Positions 1-10,149 of a stretch of DNA of 64,000 nucleotides are shown piece by piece. Position 1 is the first letter of the stretch, and each line of letters opens with the position of its first letter. The notes beneath the pieces were generated by a model. The model had not been told where the DNA came from, ran no database searches, and was given only the letters and a program-made list of their open reading frames with translations. The stretch lies in IMG/VR virus record IMGVR_UViG_3300045988_073563. One strand, 5' to 3'. The position numbers were made by a program, and so were the translations under genes. Source of the stretch: a virus.

Positions 1-2
1 AT

Positions 3-257
3 AACAAAATGAAAATCTATGTAGATCCAGTAATGTAGATATCAGATAGTTTTAAACCATCAAGTAATAAGTATGCGGTTAATATTACTTATATAAAGAG
101 ACCTAAACAGTTTGATTACACACAGTTAGACGAAGAATTAGATCTACCTGAAGATGTAATGAATGAAGTTATCAATAGAGCTGTAGTAATAGCATTAGAA
201 AATATTGAATCACCAAGAACATCTACTAAATTACAGTTAAACCAATTATCTGAATAA
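3..257 (+). CDS. structural-module protein, 5' end cut by window edge; paralog of 259..924
   Basis: Frame is open from the window start to TAA 255-257, with one in-frame TAG at 36-38. The C-terminus ...LDLPEDVMNEVINRAVVIALENIES parallels ...TELPVDTHQEIVDAAVMMYIQQAAS of the next gene. Confidence 0.5.
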
Positions 258-258
258 T

Positions 259-924
259 ATGACTGAGAGACAATTCCAAATAGCATTTGAAAGATAGTTG
301 AATAATATTATACCGGGTTATAATATTATGAGTAAGCTGAACTCAGATACTATATTCTACTATATAAATAGAGCTAAAGACGAATATGTTAAACAGTTAT
401 ATAGAGCGTTTTAGCTTAATCAAGAATTATCTGATAAGTTACGTACTCTAGTAAAAACAGATAAATATGTTAGCATTGACTTTACAAGAACAGGTAATAG
501 ATGGTCAACAGACTACCCAGAAGGATATATGTATACTTTAGGGGAGCAAGCGACTATTAATATTTATAGCAACAAATGTCCTGCCTTGGTTTCTAATTCC
601 ACTGATGTAATTGAAGCTACTATTGAAACAGTTGATAGAATATTAAGTAATAGTCTATCAGAATACCACTTACATCACAATCAAGCTAGACCAGTTAGAT
701 TATATACAGATGGCAAAATAGTATTGATAACAGATGGTAATTACGGCATAAACGAATACCAGTTAACTTACTTAAGAAATGCCAAAGATTTAGGTAATAA
801 ACTAACAGAAGAGTACACTGAATTACCAGTTGATACTCACCAAGAAATTGTAGACGCAGCTGTAATGATGTATATACAGCAAGCTGCTTCTATGCAATAG
901 TCAGGTAAATCTGACAAAGACTAA
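259..924 (+). CDS. structural-module protein, 221 aa when TAG is read as sense
   Basis: ATG at 259 is in the same frame as listed ORF 529..900. In-frame TAGs at 295-297, 412-414 and 898-900. First non-TAG stop is TAA 922-924. Confidence 0.6.
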
Positions 925-1023
925 TGCGTTCATTGACGTGGAAATCTGAAATAAGGAAAGTAGAAGATGAACTAAGTTTACATGAGCGCGCATTTATGTT
1001 AAACTAAAAATAAAATTTAAATT

Positions 1024-2004
1024 ATGTTACAACACGTAGATATCGTATTGATCGGTAAAAATATCCCTGCATCATATACTACTGCTGATGCTTTGGCTGT
1101 AGGTGATGTTGCTTTGTTCGACCAGAATAGAGCTATCTTAAAAACTGCCGCTGAAGCTGCTAACGCCACTTCATTGTATGTAGGTGTAGCTCAGAATAAA
1201 GTTAATGTAACTATGCCTGATGGTTCAGTTGCTCAGAAAGCTAATATCAAATTCGGTAATGAAATCAAGAAAGATTCAAAACCTAGTGCTGTTATTGGTG
1301 AATATGTTGCTCCTGTTCAGGATAAAATTACTATTACCTTGACTGACGCAACTATCGTAGCTGGTCACAGATACGTTCTGAGAATGGTTTACAAAGATAT
1401 GTATGAAGCTCCGGGTCAGTTTACTCATACTTATGAAGTATATGCTGCTAGCACAGATGCTTCTGCTTTAGCTGCTGCTATCGTTAAGAAGATCAACAAA
1501 CACGCAAATCGTAGAATTAATGCTACAGTTTCTGGTGCTGTTATCACTTTGACTGCAATGGAAAAAGATGATAATGAAGGAGTTTATTCACTGTCTGAAT
1601 ACTCTACAGTAAGCATGGAAGCTAGTCTGTATGTTACTATTCCGGGAGCTATCTTGAGCAATTACCCAGAAGCTATTCCTGGTGCAACTATTACTAAGAC
1701 TGAAGGTACACCGGGCAAAGGTTACTGGAAGCAGGTGAGAGACGCTGAAGTACGTTTCATGGGTTACCAGGGACATGTATTTACAGGTGCTTATCCTATT
1801 GTAGAACAGCCGAGAATGGTAGAAGAAGGTGTAGAATACAACTATATCACTATCGAAAACGACAACAAATATCTTAGTAATGATAATCAGTATATCAAGA
1901 CTACTCCTCTGACAACTGAGGTTTATGTTAAGAAAGCTGAAGGTTTCACAAATTCAATTGTTGCTAAAGGTATTGAAGCTTTCATATCAGGAGAAGCTGC
2001 TTAA
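1024..2004 (+). CDS. putative major capsid or other highly abundant virion protein (326 aa)
   Basis: Uninterrupted ORF with no TAG codon, locally higher GC, TAA stop, followed at once by a hairpin plus T-run terminator. Role assigned from context, not from a recognised motif. Confidence 0.45.
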   Translation: MLQHVDIVLIGKNIPASYTTADALAVGDVALFDQNRAILKTAAEAANATSLYVGVAQNKVNVTMPDGSVAQKANIKFGNEIKKDSKPSAVIGEYVAPVQDKITITLTDATIVAGHRYVLRMVYKDMYEAPGQFTHTYEVYAASTDASALAAAIVKKINKHANRRINATVSGAVITLTAMEKDDNEGVYSLSEYSTVSMEASLYVTIPGAILSNYPEAIPGATITKTEGTPGKGYWKQVRDAEVRFMGYQGHVFTGAYPIVEQPRMVEEGVEYNYITIENDNKYLSNDNQYIKTTPLTTEVYVKKAEGFTNSIVAKGIEAFISGEAA

Positions 2005-2029
2005 TAGAATTAATTCAATCAATCATGAA

Positions 2030-2072
2030 GTGGGGCTGGTGGAGTATATCTCCCCGCTCCACTTTTTTATTT
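2030..2072 (+). terminator. rho-independent terminator after 1024..2004
   Basis: GTGGAG (2039-2044) pairs with CTCCAC (2057-2062); an alternative GGGG/CCCC pairing exists. Followed by TTTTTTATTTT. Confidence 0.7.
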
Positions 2073-2079
2073 TAATATT

Positions 2080-2697
2080 ATGAATAAAATATTTAATGTA
2101 ACCATAAAGGATAATCTAATGGTATTCAGTGTGTATACTAATATATCTATAGTAAATACTAATGATATAGTATTATACATTGACGAATGTCATAATATAA
2201 GCAATATATATTGCGAGAATCCAGATAATCATGATTACGTGTTGAACTATAATAATGCTAGAATCTCCTATAAAGAGATTGTGCGTGAAGGTGAAGAAAA
2301 GGAAGTAACAACAATATATGCATATGAAATAACAGTAGAGTCTGATGTATTATCAGAATTTGATACTAATATGAAGTATATCAAGATGTTTGTTACTACT
2401 GAGTATTATGCTAATGACTATGTAGATGGTGTATACTATGATCCTAATATCTTATATAATGCAGAGATAAAGATGTTGCGTAAGTATTGTCAAACTTGTT
2501 TAGACGATAGATAGATGCAACTTTTAATGCTAATAGTATTTAAGAGGCAATTATTAGAATAGGCTATTGCTACTGCTCATAATAAAGAAGCACTATAGTT
2601 TTACTTGGATTTATGCAAATTGTTGAACGTTAATATTAATACTAAAACTGTTAATACAGGGTGTAGAACATGTGTTAATGGAGTATGTAAATTGTGA
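2080..2697 (+). CDS. hypothetical protein with Cys-rich C-terminus (205 aa)
   Basis: Listed ORF 2080..2514 continues in frame through three TAGs (first at 2512-2514) to TGA 2695-2697. The tail contains CQTC...GCRTCVNGVCKL. Confidence 0.55.
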
Positions 2698-2701
2698 AAA
2701 T

Positions 2702-2914
2702 ATGTGCACATGTGATGAATTAAAATAGTTCCTATATATTGCATTGGATTACCATGGCAATATTGTAGTGATATCAGATTATGCTAAGTATCCTAATGCT
2801 TATGTGGATCCTAAAGATAATCAGATTACTTTTGATGCACCAGATGTTAAAGACTTTATTAAACCAGAAACAGAATTAATTTTTTAGAATGGAATATACG
2901 AAATTATTAGGTAA
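2702..2914 (+). CDS. small hypothetical protein (70 aa)
   Basis: ATG at 2702, two in-frame TAGs, TAA at 2912-2914. Overlaps the start of the fibre gene. No motif recognised. Confidence 0.3.
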
Positions 2915-5900
2915 AGTTACACTTACATGTGACGGTAAACATGATTCTGCTAAATAGTATGATAGACTTTGTTTAGTCTATGATAATGATTATAAGTCTT
3001 TTATATCTATAAAGGAAGTACCTGTCAACATTAGTATTACTAATAAGGCATATTGGCAACCAGTAAGTGCAATATCTGCTGATGGTGAAGACATAATGGT
3101 AGATTATGACTTCAACCTTAAGTTTGCAGATAAAGAATATGTACCAAATCAATTTAGTGGTTTGGGTAGAAAGTTATTGCGCAAACGTATTGTTAATAAT
3201 ATCAATCTACTTCAACAGTCAGATATAAATAGGGCTGGTACTATTTATAGAATACAGTATGATTATAACCTACAAGGTCAAACAATACAGATACCAGAGA
3301 ACTGTGTATTGTTCTTTGATGGAGGTAGTATATCTAATGGTACTATTATACTGAATAATACTTTAGTATTACCGCAGTGTTTAGACATTGCTAAGAATAT
3401 TAAATGTAATATTAGCGGCAATTATCAGAATGGTCAGATATACTATGATTCTACTTAGGATAAACTCATTGCTGTAATAGGACAGAAGTTAGTAGACTTA
3501 TCAGAAAAAGGATCAGGTAGTGGTGGTTCAGTAAGTAATTATACTTGGATTAGATACGCCAATAATGCTAGTGGTCTTAATATGACTATGCAACCGCAAG
3601 CTGATACTACACACATAGGTATTGCTGAAAACCAAGCTGTAGAAACTCCTAGTTCAAATCCTGTAGATTATACTTGGATATTATTTAAAGGACCACAAGG
3701 AGAAAAAGGTATACAGGGAGAAAGAGGTATACAAGGACCTCCGGGAGAGAAAGGTGAGCCCGGTAAAGATGGTACAGACGGTAAACCGGGAGAATCAGTT
3801 AAACCAAATTGGAATACATGGGTATTCAAACAATCAGAACTACAACCAAGTAAACCAAACTTCTTTATACCTACTCCGGGAGCAGCAGGTATTGACGGTT
3901 GGTTTGATGGTCCGGGATCTACTGGTAGATGGTGGATGTCAATGGGTTTGGTAGATGGTAGTACAGACACAGTGGCTACTTGGACAGATCCAGTACAATG
4001 TACAGGTGAAGACGGTAAGACTAATAGCTACATGGACTTCAAGTATGCTAAGAGTGCTGCTGAGACTATTCCACCTCCATTGGATAGAACTGTGAGATTC
4101 CCAGAAGGATGGACAGATGAACCACCAACATTGATCAAAGGTGAATTTATGTGGATGATTAATGCGTTAATCGACGAAAATGGTGATCTTGTTGATAAAT
4201 GGGTAGGTCCTATTAGAATTACAGGTGAATCAGGTCCTCAAGGAGAACCGGGAGAAGGATTACCCGGAGTATCTTATAAGACTGTGTTTGCATATAAATC
4301 TAGTGAAGAAGAACCTGAGAAACCAGTAGGTGGATCATGGGATTCTGAAACTAATGAAGTAGTATATCCAGAAGGATGGCAAGGTAATGATCAGAAACTG
4401 ACTCCTCCAATATGGATGTCAGATAGAACATTTACTTCTAATCCTGATATAGTAGAGGATTGGTCTACTCCAATTAAGATATCTGGTGCAGATGGTAAAC
4501 CCGGTGCAGACGGAAAAGCAGATGAATTCATATATAAACGTACAGCAACTGCTGGCGACTTAGATAGACCTGATACTCCAACTAGTGAATAGATTGATGA
4601 TTACGTACCTACTGACTTAGGATGGACCGATACTCCTAGAGGAGTGACTACTACTTATCAAGGAGAATGGGTCAGTACCAGAAGTAAGAAAGATGGTAAA
4701 TGGGGTCCATTCAGTCAACCTGCATTATGGTCTAAATGGGGAGCTAATGGTCAGGATGGAGATGGTGTACAGTATATATTCTATAGAACTACTACCAATA
4801 ATGACCCAGATAATCCAACTCCAAACAATACTAATTCAGATGCATATCAGGAAACTGGTGACTTTGAAGGTATAGAATATATCCCGGGAGGTTGGTCAGA
4901 TGATCCAATCGGAGTAACAAAAGAATATCCATATGAATGGGTGTGTCAAAGAAAGTTCAGAGGAGGTAGATGGAGAGCATACACTGGACCATCGTTGTGG
5001 GCTAAGTATGGTAAAGACGGTCTTGATGGTTTAGGTAGTATTGTATTAGACTTAGATAATGAAATACAGTCAGTAGCTACCGATAGTTTGGGTAATGTAG
5101 TAGGTGGTTTACCACTTAATGCAACCCTAAGTATGTACTATGGAACTGTGCAATTAAATCTAAGCTCATTAACTGTACGTCCTCCAGAAGGAGTTATAGC
5201 TACTGCAGATAGACAATCTGGTATAATTACTGTTACATCTATTGCTAATACTACAGATACTACAATACGTATACCAATTGATGCTAGTACTGTGTATAAC
5301 AATGAATTGATGGAACGTACTACGTATCTTACTATTAATAAGATCAAACCCGGTGCTGATGGAGAAGATGCTATTCTATATTCATTAATGCCTTCTGTTG
5401 ATGCTATCCATGTAGATAAGAAAGGTGTATCTGATGTAGTATTTATCACTTGTGGTATTAAGAAAACACAGGGTGCTAACACAGTAGAGTTATCTCAATT
5501 ACCAAATGGTTATGCATTTAAATATGTAATTGATGAAGAGCTTGCTGAGAACTATACTATAGATCAAAACATATCTACTTCTTCAATTAAGAAGAAAATA
5601 ATATTTATGCTTACTAATGGTGGATAGTTAGTAGATAAAGAAACTATCTATAAGATTAGTGATGGTAAAGACGGAGTAGATGGTGTAGGAGGTTTGGTTA
5701 CAGACTTTGATAACGACATGATAGCTGTAGCGTGTGACTCTGAAGGTAATGTAGTTAGTGGATTACCTGTAACATCTACAGTAAGTATGTACTATGGAAC
5801 TACTAAACTTACATTATATGAGAACCCAACATTGGGTGAAGTAGCGGGAGTAACAGCTACGTCGTCTGTATTAGGTACTATTACTATAACTGCTATTGAT

Positions 5901-8342
5901 AAGTCAGCTCCTGAAGTAATAAGACTACCAGTATCCGTTAAAGCAGTATATCAAGGTAATACTTACATAAGAGACGTCACCTTGACAATTACTAAAGTTA
6001 AACCTGGTGCTGATGGTCAAACTCCTAAGATATATCAGTTAGCTCCATCTGTAAGTGCTATCCATGTGAATAAGAATGGTACACCTTCTGTATCTACTGT
6101 ATCTTGTGGTATAAGACTGTTTGAAGGAGATTCTACTACTTCAGTAGAAGGTACTCCATATGGTTATTACTTTGCTTATAAGATTGATAATGCTAGTGAA
6201 ATGAGATACTATGCTAATAATACTATTAATACTAGTGGTATAGTGGCTTATATTACATTCTCGTTATACGACCAAAGGAATAGTAACAGTATACTTGTAG
6301 ACCAAGAGACACTATATGTATTGAAAGATGGTGAGGACGGAGAATCTGGATCTGTACCTAACTGGAGTACTTATGTATATAAGAAATCTAATTCTAGACC
6401 TGCTAAACCAACATTTAAGAATCCTAGACCCGGTACTACTGGTATAGACGGGTGGTTAGATTATCCTACTACTTCAGACGGTCAATGGTGGCAATGCGTT
6501 GGTATGGTAGATGGACCTAAAGATGAAGTACAAACATGGTCTGAAGTTATACAGTTAAATGGTAAAAATGGTGAAGCTTTAGATGGTAAACATACAGAGT
6601 TTAGATTTATGTCTATGACTAAAGGTTATGCTCCTAGTATTGCTACTACTGTTAGAAATCCGGCAGGTTGGACTACTACTGTACCAGTAGTTAATAGCTA
6701 CGAATACTTGTGGATGTCACATGCTGAGATAGCTGCTAATGATGAACTGATTGGAGTATGGGATCAACCTGTTAGAATTAGTGGTGAAGATGGAGCTGCA
6801 GGTGAACCGGGTGTTAGTCTATATACTTGGATTAAGTACTCTGATGATCAGCCTACATCTGATTCACAGATATATGATAAACCTAATATGTACACTAAGT
6901 ATATCGGTTTAGCTTATAATCAAACTAGTTCAGTAGAAAGTACTCGTTATACTGATTATGAATGGGTTAAATGGGTAGGTAATGATGGTGTAAATGGTAC
7001 TAATGGTTTAAGAGGAAGACTTGTATATCCAGCAGGAACTTATATCCATAATAAGACATACGAAGCTACTGATACTCAAGCACCATTTGTATTACAAGGT
7101 GAAGCATTCTATGTAATGAATAAAACTACTACATGGAATGGTCAAAATCTAGGAGTTACTCCAGAACAAGATTGGAATTCTAATGGAATAAATGCTACTT
7201 GGATATTGATGGATGACTTTGAAGCAGTATATACTAAGTTACTGATTGCAGACAATGGTACACTTGGAGATTTTGTGTTCAATAAAGAGTACATGTTTAG
7301 TAAACAAGGTACTGATGCACTTGGACAAGAATCTACTGATTATCAGAACTTTAATAGTACTGTTAAACCATTTTCATTTACAGATACATCTATATGGGCA
7401 TATAATTTTAAAAGTAGCAGTAGTAATTACAATGGAACTATAACAAGTGATACTATAACTATTACTGGTAAGACATCGTCTTCTTCCGCAACGGATTATT
7501 TAATATGGACTCAAAGTAGTCATAAAGATCTTCCAGAATTTAATATAAATGTGAAAGGCGTTTCTAACAATTCCAACATATATCTATTATATAACTATAT
7601 GACAGAAGGTGGAGTAAGAGAATCTATAAGAATGGATTACGATGGAGTTTATGCTCTACCTAAAAGTTTTATACAAAGTGGTACTCTAAAGTATGGTTTA
7701 TAGTTGGTAGTAAATCTTGCAAGTACCTATTTAAGTGAGAATGTTATAGTTACTTTATTACCTAATAAATTCAATCCAAATTTCTAGGTAAATGGGATTA
7801 CTGGCGAAGTAACAATGAATAAAGCAACAGTAAAGGGAAGATTTAGTACTAATGCTGTAATTCATAAAGTTACTTCATTTACTACTACACATTCTCTAAC
7901 TATACCTAATGATTATTCTTTTAAAACTTTATATATAGTTAGATAGAGAGACGATGTAACTGTAACCAATAATACTATAGACCTATACACAGCTGCTTTT
8001 GCAACTCCGGATCCTGAATTCTACCCAGATGAATATTAGGCAGATCAAATGGTATAGGCTTAGCTAAATATAGTAAACTTAACTAGTTATAATGTAGATA
8101 TACACAAAGGACCTAGTAGACTAGATCCAGGTTTTGTATTACCTAATTCGGGCGGTTTTGGAAGTTGTGATACTATTCGACTATACAATGGGGGTAATGT
8201 TACTATAGACTTTATATATTTTAAGAATGAGTTATACGCCATGGGTAGTTAGACTAATGAATTAAGAGTAGTAAAAAATTCTGGAGATTTTGTGAAGACT
8301 ACAATAGGAAGTTATACATATGCTGTTAATAAATCATTCTAA
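2889..8342 (+). CDS. giant tail fibre / receptor-binding protein (1817 aa)
   Basis: ATG at 2889 follows an in-frame TAA at 2877-2879. Listed ORFs 3096.., 3582.., 4644.. and 5694.. all lie in frame 0. Eleven in-frame TAGs (2955, 3456, 4590, 5625, 7701, 7785, 7944, 8037, 8055, 8061, 8250) and no TAA/TGA until TAA 8340-8342. Contains collagen-like G-X-Y repeats and duplicated Ig-like and PNW...GIDGW modules. Confidence 0.8.
3690..3788 (+). repeat. collagen-like Gly-X-Y repeat inside fibre gene
   Basis: GPQGEKGIQGERGIQGPPGEKGEPGKDGTDGKP, 11 consecutive G-X-Y triplets. Confidence 0.85.
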
Positions 8343-8344
8343 AA

Positions 8345-8602
8345 ATGACAAACAAAGTAGACAATAAATTAAGATATAGTGCTATCATAGACAATAGGTC
8401 TGTGGTAGCAGCTATATGTATAAATGAATTAGAGTTTCTAATAACACAAACTGATTTCGTACAGGACAGATAGATACTACAATCTATGATTTGTGGTTGT
8501 GGTAGATAGATTGATACTGATAATCCGTTGAAGTTAGAAACACTGTGTAATATTATAGATTGTAAAGTTTGTAATTCATGTAAGACATGTAACACTTTTT
8601 AA
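8345..8602 (+). CDS. small Cys-rich protein (85 aa)
   Basis: ATG at 8345, two in-frame TAGs, TAA at 8600-8602. Ends ...CNIIDCKVCNSCKTCNTF. The listed - strand ORF 8326..8595 is its antisense shadow. Confidence 0.5.
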
Positions 8603-8638
8603 CGTTAATAAATATTATTAATTTTAAAACTAAATATT

Positions 8639-8956
8639 ATGTTGATTGATTTTAGAAACATTACAATTAAGAACATTGAGGGAGAAGAATCTACAGTTGA
8701 TATTTCTAAAGATTTAGGAAATCTATTGTATAATTCTGCAGTAAGTCAAGAAGGTTTAGAAATATCTAGAGAACTGTATCATAATGGTGAAATGGATGTT
8801 ACTAAAGAAAATGTAGAAGTACTTAAAGGCATTATAGCTGGTAACTTCTTAGCAGTTATACAAGAATCTTTGAACCCTATTTTTGATAAGATCATGAACA
8901 CTGAAGAAATCGAAACTAGTGCGGAGGAGATTAAGGATGAACAAACAACTTGCTAA
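8639..8956 (+). CDS. hypothetical acidic protein (105 aa)
   Basis: Intact ORF with a TAA stop and no TAG. Confidence 0.5.
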   Translation: MLIDFRNITIKNIEGEESTVDISKDLGNLLYNSAVSQEGLEISRELYHNGEMDVTKENVEVLKGIIAGNFLAVIQESLNPIFDKIMNTEEIETSAEEIKDEQTTC

Positions 8957-9128
8957 ATATACTGATAGAGAATTGTTAGAGTGGATCTACTTATTGTAGA
9001 TCCATATTCTATCCAAAGTAAACGAGATAGATAACGACGATAAACAGTTTGGAATGAACTTAGCTGCAGATTTATTAGGTAGTGTAGTATATGATGCTCA
9101 ACCAAGAACCACAAGATACGCAAATTAA
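8937..9128 (+). CDS. small hypothetical protein (63 aa)
   Basis: ATG at 8937, one in-frame TAG, TAA at 9126-9128. Lies upstream of the HNH-endolysin pair. Confidence 0.35.
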
Positions 9129-9221
9129 AAAGATATATGTTGGATTATATTTATGAAATATTTCATATAAACAAGAACTTAGATATACTTTTCCCGTTTC
9201 AGTATAAAAAAACTGAACAAT

Positions 9222-9749
9222 ATGTGGAAAGATATTAAAGATTACGAAGGTTTATATGAAATAAATTCATCTGGACATATTAGGAGAAAAGGCAGTGCAA
9301 AGCTGTTAAAACAAGCTAAAGGAAAAGATTATATGCAAGTTAGTTTATGTAAATGCAATCATAAAGTCACTAAAACAGTTCATAGACTAGTAGCAGAAAC
9401 TTTCTTAGAAAACCCTAATGAACTACGTTGTGTTAATCATAAAGATGAAAACAAGTTAAATAATAATGTAGAAAACCTTGAGTGGTGCAGCGCAAAATAC
9501 AATACTAGTTATGGTGACTGTATACAGAGAAGAGCAAACTCTCATAGAGGGAAGAAACATAGATATTCAGAACATGTTAAATGTAGAAAAATAACCCAAC
9601 AATTTGACAATAATATGAATTTAATAAAAGAATTTAACAGCTTAACAGAAGCATCCAAAAGTACAGGTATTGCTATACAAAATATTTCAGCTTCTTGTTT
9701 AGGTAAAACAAAAGAATCCGGTGGATTCATATGGAGGTATAAGACATGA
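9222..9749 (+). CDS. HNH homing endonuclease (NUMOD4-like N-terminus plus HNH)
   Basis: The N-terminus WKDIKDYEGLYEINSSGHIRRKG is the typical NUMOD4-type start. Also ...CVNHKDENKLNNNVENLEWCS, an HNH-like motif. No TAG codon in 175 codons. Its TGA stop overlaps the ATG of the endolysin. Confidence 0.75.
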   Translation: MWKDIKDYEGLYEINSSGHIRRKGSAKLLKQAKGKDYMQVSLCKCNHKVTKTVHRLVAETFLENPNELRCVNHKDENKLNNNVENLEWCSAKYNTSYGDCIQRRANSHRGKKHRYSEHVKCRKITQQFDNNMNLIKEFNSLTEASKSTGIAIQNISASCLGKTKESGGFIWRYKT

Positions 9750-10147
9750 AATATTTTTCTATCGCAGAATTAACAAAATCTACTACAGCTACAGCTAAGA
9801 AATTAGATAATACTCCTACAGAGTAGGCAGAGAAGAATCTAATTACTCTAGTAGAAAAGGTACTTGATCCACTTAGAGAATTGTATGGTAAACCTATTAT
9901 AGTTAATTCAGGTTATCGCAGTCCAGAAGTAAATAAAGCAGTTAAAGGAGCTAAGACAAGTCAACATGTATTAGGAGAAGCTGCTGATATAACAGCAGGT
10001 AGCAAAGAAGAGAATAAGAAGTTATTTGAGTTAATCAGAGATAACTTTGAGTTTGATCAACTTATTAATGAGAATGACTACTCATGGATACATGTATCAT
10101 ATAGAGAAGGAAGACTTAGAAAACAAATATTAAAGCTTGGTAAATAA
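9746..10147 (+). CDS. endolysin, peptidase M15 (zinc D-Ala-D-Ala carboxypeptidase-like) family
   Basis: MKYFSIAELTKS...SGYRSPEVNKAVKGAKTSQHVLGEAADI matches the M15 H-x(6)-D type motif. One in-frame TAG at 9824-9826. TAA stop. Confidence 0.75.
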
Positions 10148-10149
10148 AG

